A stretch of 35,619 nucleotides of DNA from the IMG/VR virus record IMGVR_UViG_3300016662_000042, positions 1-35,619 of that record. One strand, written 5' to 3'. Within the stretch, counting starts at the first letter, position 1; each line of letters starts with the position of its first letter. This DNA comes from a virus (lineage: Duplodnaviria > Caudoviricetes). The translations under genes were made by a program, and so were the position numbers. The notes below the pieces were generated by a model. It saw only the letters and a list, made by a program, of their open reading frames with translations. It did not search any database and was not told the origin of the DNA. Below, one piece after another: positions 1-8,216 of the stretch.

Positions 1-394
1 TCGCCATCGTGGGGGCGCGGTTTGGTCCATAAACCCCTTGGGTTTCCACATATAGCGACGCCTGGACGAACTGCTCCCGACCGAGATCGGCCACAACGTA
101 CCGCGCGCACTGGCGCGGTGGTGCGCCGATAGAGCTTCCAGCGATGAGGACCGCAGCGATTGCCTCGCCGTCCGTCAAGTTCCGGCAGCAAACAAACGCG
201 CCAGACGGATCGCTTCCGATGATTGAGCCTCGCTCTGCGCATCGGCGATTGAGGGTTTGGCGAACCAGCTCCGTCGATCCCATGATCCGGGCTTCTGCCA
301 AGCCGGAAGGCGAGTTCTGCGCCCTTGGGACGGTCTCGCAGCCGCCAAGCAAAAGCACGACAGCGACAAGGCCAACGATCCAGCCCATCCTCAT
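1..394 (-). CDS. Predicted lipoprotein, 3'-truncated by the window edge (absent from the ORF track)
   Basis: Hand translation from ATG 394: MRMGWIVGLVAVVLLLGGC-ETVPRAQ..., lipobox LGGC, RBS AAGGAGG upstream, frame open to base 1. Confidence 0.8.
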   Translation of the reverse strand, partial: MRMGWIVGLVAVVLLLGGCETVPRAQNSPSGLAEARIMGSTELVRQTLNRRCAERGSIIGSDPSGAFVCCRNLTDGEAIAAVLIAGSSIGAPPRQCARYVVADLGREQFVQASLYVETQGVYGPNRAPTMA

Positions 395-409
395 CCGACC
401 AATCCTCCT

Positions 410-1069
410 TCAGGTCGTGCGTGCGATCCAGCGCACCCTGCCTTCGATCACGATGGTATCGAGCTCGTGCGGTGGCACAACCTCATCGGTGTAGCGCCGA
501 TTGTCGCTCATCAGGACGAGCGTGCCGTCGCGCCGCATCTGCAGGCGCTTGACCACGACCAGACCGGCGACGGTGACGACGTAGATCCCTTCGTCAATCA
601 CGCGATGAATGAAGCGGTCGACGAGGAGCAGGTCGCCGTCCCGGATGGTGGGTTCCATCGAGTCGCCGCGTGCCATGAGCGCCTGCGCGTAAGCGGGATT
701 GACCCCCAGCGAGCGCAGCCAATCCTCCCGAAACGCGATCATCTCCGACGGGCCATGGCCGACACCTCCGTTGTCGAACCCGCCCCCCGCGGATGCCTGC
801 ACCTCGAACTTCGGGACTAGGACGAACCCCCCTACGTCGGCCGGATGCGCGGCACCTGACGCCACCCAATCGAGCGACCGGCCTGCTGCCACGGCCAAAC
901 GGGCCACCACGTCGAAAGGCGGTTCGTTCTCCCCCGACTCATAGCGGCGAATCGACATTTTGGTGCGGCCACAAATCTGAGCCGCCTTCTCCCGCCCGCC
1001 CACGGCCTCGACCATGACCGCGAACCGATTTTCCAAGCCCGGTGCGGGCGTTAGCGACTGCCCTGCCAT
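410..1069 (-). CDS. Phage repressor, XRE-type HTH plus S24 peptidase (CI/LexA-like)
   Basis: HTH REKAAQICGRTKMSIRRYESGENEP; Ala-Gly site in ASAGGG; catalytic GDSMEP and VVKRL; divergent from ner. Confidence 0.93.
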   Translation of the reverse strand: MAGQSLTPAPGLENRFAVMVEAVGGREKAAQICGRTKMSIRRYESGENEPPFDVVARLAVAAGRSLDWVASGAAHPADVGGFVLVPKFEVQASAGGGFDNGGVGHGPSEMIAFREDWLRSLGVNPAYAQALMARGDSMEPTIRDGDLLLVDRFIHRVIDEGIYVVTVAGLVVVKRLQMRRDGTLVLMSDNRRYTDEVVPPHELDTIVIEGRVRWIARTT

Positions 1070-1157
1070 GGTCTCAGATTATGCTTGCGGCAATAACAGA
1101 AAAGTTCCATAGGTAACAAATGTGACCTCTGCTTCGGGCAACTGAACGGATCTGTGA
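1070..1157. promoter_or_regulatory. Divergent repressor/ner control region with candidate operator GGTAACA-AA-TGTGACC (1112-1127)
   Basis: AT-rich gap between divergent regulators; inverted repeat with one mismatch. Confidence 0.6.
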
Positions 1158-1415
1158 ATGCCGAATTGGGACCGCTGGGCCATCAAAGCCGCCATCCAGA
1201 GAAAGGGCGCGACGCTGACCGGCCTCGCGCGCGCCGCGGGAATTTCGACCGCCGCCTGCCGCGTAGCGCTGCACCGGCGCAACTCGGCCGGAGAGCAAGC
1301 CATCGCTCAATTCCTCGGTGTGCATCCCTCGATCCTTTGGCCCGGTCGTTACGGCCGTTCCGAAGCTATCCGCCCCCCGGCCAAGACTGCGAGTCCAAAA
1401 GCGCGCGCCGCCTAG
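1158..1415 (+). CDS. ner: Ner/Nlp-family DNA-binding regulator
   Basis: WDRWAIKAAIQRKGATLTGLARAAG...EQAIAQFLGVHPSILWPGRY matches the Mu Ner pattern; position opposite repressor. Confidence 0.9.
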   Translation: MPNWDRWAIKAAIQRKGATLTGLARAAGISTAACRVALHRRNSAGEQAIAQFLGVHPSILWPGRYGRSEAIRPPAKTASPKARAA

Positions 1416-1463
1416 ACAGCGCGCCCACCGCCAGCACCGCCACCCTTGCTTCCCGAGACCCTC

Positions 1464-2357
1464 ATGACGCCCGCAGGCCCCGCTGCCGAGACCCTCCGCC
1501 AGATCCCGCTCGCGGAGATCCGCGAGACCGACCGCCTCCGCCCCGTGTCCGACGCCCATGCCGCATGGATCGCGGGCGACTTCGCCCGCCTCGGCCAACT
1601 GCAGCCGATCGACGTGTGCCACGAGGGCAAGGGCTTCCGCCTCGTCGACGGCGCGCACCGGCTGGCGGCGGCGCGCCTCCTCGGCTGGACGACGATCAAC
1701 GCCATCGTCCGCGATCACGAGGGCCTTGCGCGCAAGGCGCGCGAGATCAGCGCCAACCTGGTGCGCGCCGACCTGAACCCGCTCGACCGGGCGACCTTCG
1801 TGGCCGAGCTCGTCGCCATCGAGAAGGCGAAGCGCGGGATCGCGGCCGATGCGGACGACCGCGCGCTGGGCGGAAAGGCAAAAGCTGCGAAGGCTCAAGC
1901 ACTTGCTGCACCGGACACAATGTCCGGTGCAGACGAGGCGGGGCTTCTGGCCGAGGCTTTCGGCGTGCAGGCCGAGATCGCGGAGCGGGTCGGGCTCGCC
2001 GACCGGTCTGTCCGTCGTGACCTCTCGCTCGTCCGCCGCCTCGATGCCGAGGCGCTCCGCCGCCTGCAGGCGACGACGCTGGCGACGAAGCTCGCCGAGC
2101 TGAACCGGCTCGCCAAGCTGACACCCGCCAAGCAGCTCGAGGCGGTCGACGCCTTCGAGCGCGGCGAAGCCCCCACCGTCGACGCCGCGATCCGGTTCGC
2201 GGAGGGCTCGCGCCCGAAACAGAAGCCCTCGAAGGCCGACACGCTGATGAAGTACTGGATGCAGGCCAGTGCGAAGGAGCGCGCGTCCTTCCTGCGCGAT
2301 CTCCCCGTCAGCACGCTGCCCCCGGGTTTCGGGATCTCCAAGCCGGGGCGCGCCTGA
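1464..2357 (+). CDS. ParB N-terminal-domain protein with HTH
   Basis: GQLQPIDV, FRLVDGAHRLAAARLLGW, EISANLVRADL motifs; later HTH AEIAERVGLADRSVRRDL; start could be TTG 1446. Confidence 0.85.
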   Translation: MTPAGPAAETLRQIPLAEIRETDRLRPVSDAHAAWIAGDFARLGQLQPIDVCHEGKGFRLVDGAHRLAAARLLGWTTINAIVRDHEGLARKAREISANLVRADLNPLDRATFVAELVAIEKAKRGIAADADDRALGGKAKAAKAQALAAPDTMSGADEAGLLAEAFGVQAEIAERVGLADRSVRRDLSLVRRLDAEALRRLQATTLATKLAELNRLAKLTPAKQLEAVDAFERGEAPTVDAAIRFAEGSRPKQKPSKADTLMKYWMQASAKERASFLRDLPVSTLPPGFGISKPGRA

Positions 2358-2360
2358 TCC

Positions 2361-2855
2361 ATGCGCAAGCGCCCGACCTCCGCCACGAGCGCACAGCCAG
2401 ACCTCTTCACGGCCGCTCCCGACGCTCTCTACCCGGTCGCGATCGACCGGCCCGAGGGCGTGACGGCGGAGGATTTCAACCGGCGTCTCAGCCAGGCGGT
2501 TTCGGAGGCGATGCGGATCAGCGGCAAGAGCCGCGCGCGCATCGCCTTCGAGATGAGCGAGATGCTCGACGATCAGGTGTCCGAGCACATGCTCAACGCC
2601 TATGCCGCCGCGGGGCGGCCGGAGCATTCGATCCCGGTCGCGCGGCTCCGCGCGCTGGTGAAGGTCACCGGGCAGCTATGGCTGCTCGACGTCGCGCTCG
2701 AAGGGCTCGGCGTGACGCTGCTGGCCGGGCACGACGCAATCTACGCCCAGCGCGGCCTGCTCGAGGCGCAGAAACGCGAGCTCGAGGCGCGGCTGAGGGA
2801 CCTCAACGCGCGCCTGCCCGTCGCGCCCGCGACGGCAGCGATCCGGAGGCGCTGA
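2361..2855 (+). CDS. Hypothetical early protein, possible DNA-binding regulator with C-terminal coiled coil
   Basis: 164 aa ORF coupled (TGATG) to the transposase; HTH-like SRARIAFEMSEML. Confidence 0.7.
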   Translation: MRKRPTSATSAQPDLFTAAPDALYPVAIDRPEGVTAEDFNRRLSQAVSEAMRISGKSRARIAFEMSEMLDDQVSEHMLNAYAAAGRPEHSIPVARLRALVKVTGQLWLLDVALEGLGVTLLAGHDAIYAQRGLLEAQKRELEARLRDLNARLPVAPATAAIRRR

Positions 2856-4801
2856 TGCGGGTGTGGCTCTCCGCCGCCGAGATCGCGCAGCTCGCTCTGC
2901 CCGAGCTGCCGACAACCAAGCGGAATGTGAATGCCTTCGCGTCGCGGGCCGGCTGGACGCTCGCACGCAATGCGCGGGGCGAGCCGCTTACGCGTCCGCG
3001 CGCCGGGCGCGGCGGCGGGCTGGAATACCACATCGATCTTCTCCCGGCCGCGGCACGTGCGGCCTATGACGCCCGCGAGGCGCAGCGCTCGCCGCTGTCC
3101 GCGATGCCCGGCCGGGAGGAGGCCTGGGCGGCCTATGAACGGCTGCCCGAGCGGCACAAGGCGATCGCGCAGCAGCGGGCTGCGATCCTCGCCCGGATCG
3201 ACGCCGTGTGCGACGCGGGCGCGCCGCGCGGCGAAGCGATCATGCATGTCCGTCAGGACCTCGCGCGCGAAGGGCAGGCCGTCACCCAGGCGACGGTCTA
3301 CAACTGGTTTGCGGCGGTGGCCGCCGTCGATCCCGCCGACCGGCTGCCGGCGCTCGCGCCGCGCTACACGGGAGGTGCTGCGCGCGTCGAGGCAGACCCG
3401 GAGCTCGTCGCCCTCTTCGCCGCCGATTATCTGCGGCCGGAGAAGCCCGCCGCCCAGGCGTGCTATCGCCGGGTCGCCGCGATCGCGAAGGCAGAGGGCA
3501 AGGCGATCCCGCCCATCGGCGTGCTGATCCGCCGGATGGACGCGTCGGTCTCGGAGACGACGCGCCTGCTCCTGCGCGAGGGCGAGGAGGCATTGGCGCG
3601 CTCCTGGCCGCATCTGACGCGCGACCGCACGGCGCTCGCGGCCCTCGACCTGGTGGTGGGCGACACCCATACCTGGGACGTCATGGTCGAATGGCCAGAC
3701 GGCTCCACGTGCCGCCCAGCGATGACGGCGATCAGCGACGCGTTCAGCAACAAGCTGCTCGCCTGGCGCGTCGCCCAGACCGAAAGCGCCGACGTCGTGC
3801 GGCTGGCGTTCGGCGACGTCTTCCGCACCTACGGCCTGCCCAGCGCGGCGCTGCTCGACAACGGCCGCGCCTTCGCGTCCAAGGCCATCACCGGCGGCCA
3901 GGCCAACCGCTATCGCTTCAAGGTGCGGGCCGAGGACCCGACCGGCGTCCTCACGGGCTTCGGGATCCGCGTCCACTGGTCAAAGCCCTATAGCGGCCAG
4001 TCGAAGCCGATCGAGCGGAGCTTCCGCGACCTCGCAGGCGACGTCGCCAAGCACCCGGCCTTTGCCGGGGCCTATACGGGCCCCCATACGGCCGCGAAGC
4101 CTGCCAACTACGGGGCGCGCGCTATCCCGCTGGCCGACTTCCTCGCGGTGGTGCGGACCGAGATCGCCGCCTGGAATGCGCGGCCCGGTCGGCGCACGCC
4201 AGTGTGCGGTGGCACGCTCTCGTTCGATCAAGCGTTCGAGGCCTCCTATGCGGTCGCGCCGATCCGCAAGCCTACAGCCGAGCAGCTGCGCCTTTGCCTG
4301 CTGGCAGCCGAGCAGATCACGCCGGACCGCCGGAGTGGCGCCGTCACCCTCTTCGGCAATCGCTACTGGTCCGAGGCGCTGGCCGCGCACCGCAACGACC
4401 GCCTGATCATCCGCTTCGACCCCGATGATCTGCGCCAGGCGGTGCATGTCTATGCGCTGGACGGCCGCTATCTCTGCGCCGCCGATCTGCACGAGCAGGC
4501 GGGCTTCCTGGACACCGATGCCGCCCGCCGTCACGAGCGCGCGCGTCGCGACTACGTCAAGGCCCGCAAGAAGCTAGCCGCCGCCGAGGTCGCGATCGAC
4601 TCTGCGACGCTCGCCGCGCGCCAGATCGTCGTCGACGACACGCCTGCCACGCCCGCGAGCGACCCGGCCGTCGTGCGGCCAGCCTTCGGCGCGCGCATGC
4701 CTGGCGCGCCCGTCGCGAGCGACACGCCGGCCGAGACCACCGAACCCACCGATTTCATGGAGCGGCTGATGCGCGCCCAACGGCGCGCGGCCATCGCCTG
4801 A
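2855..4801 (+). CDS. muA: Mu-type DDE transposase (MuA)
   Basis: N-terminal Mu HTH (WLSAAEIAQLALPELP...GRGGGLEYHI); DDE residues in VVGDTH, LLDNGRAF, SKPIERSF; C-terminal IRFDPDDL; ATG overlaps upstream stop. Confidence 0.95.
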   Translation: MRVWLSAAEIAQLALPELPTTKRNVNAFASRAGWTLARNARGEPLTRPRAGRGGGLEYHIDLLPAAARAAYDAREAQRSPLSAMPGREEAWAAYERLPERHKAIAQQRAAILARIDAVCDAGAPRGEAIMHVRQDLAREGQAVTQATVYNWFAAVAAVDPADRLPALAPRYTGGAARVEADPELVALFAADYLRPEKPAAQACYRRVAAIAKAEGKAIPPIGVLIRRMDASVSETTRLLLREGEEALARSWPHLTRDRTALAALDLVVGDTHTWDVMVEWPDGSTCRPAMTAISDAFSNKLLAWRVAQTESADVVRLAFGDVFRTYGLPSAALLDNGRAFASKAITGGQANRYRFKVRAEDPTGVLTGFGIRVHWSKPYSGQSKPIERSFRDLAGDVAKHPAFAGAYTGPHTAAKPANYGARAIPLADFLAVVRTEIAAWNARPGRRTPVCGGTLSFDQAFEASYAVAPIRKPTAEQLRLCLLAAEQITPDRRSGAVTLFGNRYWSEALAAHRNDRLIIRFDPDDLRQAVHVYALDGRYLCAADLHEQAGFLDTDAARRHERARRDYVKARKKLAAAEVAIDSATLAARQIVVDDTPATPASDPAVVRPAFGARMPGAPVASDTPAETTEPTDFMERLMRAQRRAAIA

Positions 4802-4803
4802 AC

Positions 4804-4860
4804 GAAAAACGCCCGAGGCGCTGCAACGCCCCGGGCGCAACCCCGGCCCCTGCAAGGGCC
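4804..4860. other. Two adjacent hairpins with identical CTGCAA loops; the first may be a minus-strand intrinsic terminator
   Basis: CGCCCG-A-GGCG ctgcaa CGCC-C-CGGGCG (4810-4837) preceded by AAAAA; GGCCC ctgcaa GGGCC (4845-4860). Confidence 0.6.
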
Positions 4861-4889
4861 CGAAGCACGACAGAGGGAGTAGCCTACCG

Positions 4890-5843
4890 ATGACGGAACT
4901 CTTCGACAAGGAACTGGACGACGTCGCGATCCAGGCGATCCGCGATCGCGTGGGAGCGATCATCCAGAAGGATGGGCTGACGCGCGCCCGCATCGCAGCG
5001 GAGTGCGGCGTGCCTGAGGGCACGTTCGGCCCGTGGCTGAACGCGAAGTACGCGGGCGATAACGCCTCGATCGCGGCGAAGGCGGCGAAGTGGCTCGAGC
5101 TGCGCGAGGTCCGGAAGGCGCGGGCGCACGAGGAGATCCGCGCACCCGGCTTCCAGGGGACCCGCACGGCCGAAGCCATCCTGACCACGCTCGATCACGC
5201 GCAGCTCTTCGGCGATCTGGTCCTGATCGCGGCCAAGCCGGGCAGCGGCAAGACGATGGCCTGCGAGGAGCACCAGCGGCAGCGGCCGCGTGTCCACCTC
5301 GCGACGATGCGCCCGTCGACGCGCGGCGTTAACACCGCGCTCGTCGAGGTGCTGGCCGCGATGGGCGAGCCCGAGGCGCGCGGCACGCCGCAGGTGCTCT
5401 CGCGCCGCATCATCAGCCGCGTGAAGGAGCCGGGTGCGCTCATCATCCTCGACGAGGCGCAGCACCTCTCGGTGCAGGCCGTCGAGGAGCTGCGCGCGAT
5501 CCACGACGCCACGAAGGTCGGCATCGCCTTCGTCGGCGACGAGCGGCTGACCGCGGTGTTCGACGCGCGCGACTACTCCCAGCTTCGCCGCCGCATCGGC
5601 ATGCGCGCGAAGGCGCCGAAAAGCCTCGACGCCGATGCCGAAATGCTCGCTCGCGCATGGGGCGTCGCTGACGCGACCGAGATCAAGTTCCTGCGCGCGG
5701 TGGCGCAGAAGCCGGGCGGCCTCGGTGGCGTGACGAAGATCCTGCTCGCCGCGACGCGCCTCGCCGTCGCCGAGCAGACGCCGCGCAATCTGGGCCATCT
5801 GCGCGCGGCGTGGGAACACCTTATGCCGGAGGTGGCGCTGTGA
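4890..5843 (+). CDS. muB: MuB-like AAA+ transposition ATPase
   Basis: N-terminal HTH, Walker A KPGSGKT, Walker B LIILDEAQHL; follows the transposase. Confidence 0.93.
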   Translation: MTELFDKELDDVAIQAIRDRVGAIIQKDGLTRARIAAECGVPEGTFGPWLNAKYAGDNASIAAKAAKWLELREVRKARAHEEIRAPGFQGTRTAEAILTTLDHAQLFGDLVLIAAKPGSGKTMACEEHQRQRPRVHLATMRPSTRGVNTALVEVLAAMGEPEARGTPQVLSRRIISRVKEPGALIILDEAQHLSVQAVEELRAIHDATKVGIAFVGDERLTAVFDARDYSQLRRRIGMRAKAPKSLDADAEMLARAWGVADATEIKFLRAVAQKPGGLGGVTKILLAATRLAVAEQTPRNLGHLRAAWEHLMPEVAL

Positions 5844-5974
5844 CCCGCGCGCGCATCATCACCATCGCGCTGGCAGCTGCGGAGATCGCTGCCGAGATCG
5901 TGTGCTTCGCGCTCATGCTCGCGGGCCTGTTCGGCCTGGTGGTCGTGGCTGGCGTCTTCACGGGGGCCGTCTGA
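5840..5974 (+). CDS. 44-aa hydrophobic membrane peptide (absent from the ORF track)
   Basis: GTGA overlap with muB stop and TGATG overlap with next gene; MTRARIITIALAAAEIAAEIVCFALMLAGLFGLVVVAGVFTGAV. Confidence 0.65.
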   Translation: MTRARIITIALAAAEIAAEIVCFALMLAGLFGLVVVAGVFTGAV

Positions 5975-6258
5975 TGACCGCTGCCGAGATGATCGTCCAG
6001 GCTGACCGCCTGACCTTCGATGAGCTCGTCGCCGCGGCGCGCGAGGTGCTGCTGCAGGGGCCGCGGCGTGCAACGCGCACGAGCGTGCGTGAGATCGCCG
6101 GGCTCGCATTTCTCGCGGCCGAGGCTGCGCCGCTGATCCGTGCGGCTGTCGACCTGGCCGCGCTGGACGACGCCGGTGCCGACCGGGACCGGCTGATCGA
6201 CGCACTCGCACGCGTCAAGGAGGCGGCGGCGCCGTTCCGCGCCGCCGAGCCGTCATGA
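5974..6258 (+). CDS. Hypothetical early protein
   Basis: MTAAEMIVQADRL..., translationally coupled at both ends. Confidence 0.65.
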   Translation: MTAAEMIVQADRLTFDELVAAAREVLLQGPRRATRTSVREIAGLAFLAAEAAPLIRAAVDLAALDDAGADRDRLIDALARVKEAAAPFRAAEPS

Positions 6259-6335
6259 GCCGGTGGCGCCGGGCGCTCACGCGCTGCGCGATCGCCCGCT
6301 GGCTGCGCTGGCAAATCAACTTTCGGAGGAACTGA
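6255..6335 (+). CDS. 26-aa Arg/Trp-rich peptide (absent from the ORF track)
   Basis: ATGA overlap; MSRWRRALTRCAIARWLRWQINFRRN; stop lies 1 nt before the gam ATG. Confidence 0.45.
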   Translation: MSRWRRALTRCAIARWLRWQINFRRN

Positions 6336-6336
6336 C

Positions 6337-6906
6337 ATGGCTGCCACCAAGACGAAGACGACGACAAAGAAGGCGGCGAAGCAGACGGCGCCTGCGCTGC
6401 GCGTGCCGCAGACGGTCGAGGAGGCGAACGCGCTTCTCGCCGAGTACGCCGCCGCCGCAAACGCACTGACGCATCTCGACGCTGGCCTCAAGGACGCGAC
6501 CCAGCAGGTCACGAGGTTCTTCGAGGAGCAGGCCGCGCCGCAGAAGGCGGTCCTGGCCGACCGGTTTCAGCGGCTGCAGGCGTTCGCGGAGGCGCATCGC
6601 TCGACGCTCGTACCGAAGGGCCGCAAGTCGATCGAGCTGCCCGCGGGGCTGCTCTCGTGGCGCACGCGCCCCCCGCGCGTCGAGATCTCGAAGAAGAAGG
6701 GCGCTCTCGAAACGATCATCGAGACGATCAAGACGCTCAAGCTCACCTCGTTCCTGCGCGTGAAGGAGGAGCTCAACAAGGAGGCGATCCTCGCCCATCC
6801 AGAGGCGGTCGACATGCTGCCTGGCGTCACCATCCGGCGCGACGAGGAGCAATTCGAGGTGCTGCCGAAGGGGCTTGATCTCGCGGACACGGGAGGCGCG
6901 GAATGA
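6337..6906 (+). CDS. gam: Mu Gam-like host-nuclease inhibitor (DNA end-binding)
   Basis: Coiled N-terminus, KSIELPAGLLSWRTRPPRV, LRVKEELNKEAIL, PGVTIRRDEEQFEVLP; RBS GGAGG. Confidence 0.85.
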   Translation: MAATKTKTTTKKAAKQTAPALRVPQTVEEANALLAEYAAAANALTHLDAGLKDATQQVTRFFEEQAAPQKAVLADRFQRLQAFAEAHRSTLVPKGRKSIELPAGLLSWRTRPPRVEISKKKGALETIIETIKTLKLTSFLRVKEELNKEAILAHPEAVDMLPGVTIRRDEEQFEVLPKGLDLADTGGAE

Positions 6907-7184
6907 CCGTCACCGTGACCTGTCCTCACTGCGGGGCCCTGATCGGGCGCCGGCTCGCGGGCAATCTCACCGCCCGGCAGAAGCAGGCCTTGGACTTCAT
7001 CCGCGGCTACGTCGCCATGCGCGGCGTCACGCCCAGCTACACCGAGATCAGGCACGCGATCGGGCTCGCCTCAAATTCGGGGGTGCACCGGATCATTACT
7101 GGACTCGAGGAGCGCGGCCACATTCAGCGCTCGCCATTCCGCGCGCGCGGCATCTCGCTCGTCATTGAGGGGGCGGCGGCATGA
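6903..7184 (+). CDS. Stand-alone LexA-type winged-helix DNA-binding protein with N-terminal CxxC
   Basis: LTARQKQALDFI...TPSYTEIRHAIGLASNSGVHRIITGLEERGHIQRSPFRARGI resembles the LexA N-domain; CPHC; no peptidase domain. Confidence 0.85.
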   Translation: MTVTVTCPHCGALIGRRLAGNLTARQKQALDFIRGYVAMRGVTPSYTEIRHAIGLASNSGVHRIITGLEERGHIQRSPFRARGISLVIEGAAA

Positions 7185-7444
7185 CCGTGGCCCACCTGAC
7201 CCTCCACGAGCGCCATGCGCTCCAGATGCTCCAGCGCGGCCGTCTTTACCGCGGCGGCGGCGGCGAGTTCGCCGATTACCGCGACGGGATCGTGATCCTC
7301 GTTTCGGCCAGCGCCATCCGCAACCTCGAACGCCGTGGCCTCGTCTCGCTTGACCGGGGCCGGACGGGCGCGGAGGTCGCAGCCATCACTGAGCTTGGTG
7401 AGGCCGTGCTGGACGTGCTGGCCCCCGATGAGGTGGCGGCATGA
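7181..7444 (+). CDS. Small hypothetical protein, winged-helix-like
   Basis: SAIRNLERRGLV...AITELGEAVL pattern; ATGA coupling. Confidence 0.6.
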   Translation: MTVAHLTLHERHALQMLQRGRLYRGGGGEFADYRDGIVILVSASAIRNLERRGLVSLDRGRTGAEVAAITELGEAVLDVLAPDEVAA

Positions 7445-7788
7445 CCTCGAACCCTGTTCGTCCCATGCCCGCGGGCACGCTGCGCCGCCTGGCCCAGGTC
7501 ACCGCGCCGACGCTGATCCTCTCGATCGAGACCTTGGAGGGCGGCAGCAACCACGCCTTCGCGCTGCAGCTGCTCCGCCATCTCGCCGGTGATCCGCGCA
7601 ACGACGACGACGCCAAGCGAGCGCTCGCGTCGGCGATCAACGTGCTGCAGGCGGCGCTGGTGAACGCGCTCGTCGCCGCCTACGGGCAGGACGCGGCGGG
7701 CCTTGCGTCAGCCGAAGCGAGGCTGCACGAGATGACCGCCTACGGCCTCGCCAATCACCCCTTCGGCCCGCAGGGAGGCCGGGCATGA
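7441..7788 (+). CDS. Hypothetical early protein
   Basis: ATGA coupling at both ends; RBS GAGG. Confidence 0.65.
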   Translation: MTSNPVRPMPAGTLRRLAQVTAPTLILSIETLEGGSNHAFALQLLRHLAGDPRNDDDAKRALASAINVLQAALVNALVAAYGQDAAGLASAEARLHEMTAYGLANHPFGPQGGRA

Positions 7789-8216
7789 CGAGGCGCCCGA
7801 CCCACGACATCAAATCCGCGCTCAGGGCCGTCAAGAGCCCAGAAGGCGCCCGCGCGGCGTCCGCAGAAGCCTTGAGAGTCCTGGCATTGACGGCCACCAC
7901 GCCCGAAGGCCGGGCAGCGGTCGCTGTGATGCAGAAGATCATGCCGCCGGTTGCCGAGGAGTTCACGCGGCTTGGATTTAGCCCGCGCGCTGAGACCGCT
8001 GACGATCAGGTCGTGATCATCCAGGCGTTGACCGTCGCCGCCGTGAACCTTTGTGCCAACATCATCGAGGTCGCCGCCCGCGTCTCCGGCGGGCACATGA
8101 GCGATGCGATGCGGGGCGAAGGTCAGGCGCACGTCGCGCAGGGCGTGCTGGACGCAGTGCGCAGACACATCGAGCAGAGCGTCCTGCCTGATCTGCGCAA
8201 GGATCGCGGCCGATGA
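7785..8216 (+). CDS. Hypothetical early protein
   Basis: RBS GGAGG; ATGA coupling. Confidence 0.65.
   Translation: MTRRPTHDIKSALRAVKSPEGARAASAEALRVLALTATTPEGRAAVAVMQKIMPPVAEEFTRLGFSPRAETADDQVVIIQALTVAAVNLCANIIEVAARVSGGHMSDAMRGEGQAHVAQGVLDAVRRHIEQSVLPDLRKDRGR

Noticed and set aside
1070-1157. Alphaproteobacterial SOS box in the immunity region
   Set aside because: GTTC and GAAC occur singly; no GTTC-N7-GTTC or GAAC-N7-GAAC direct repeat
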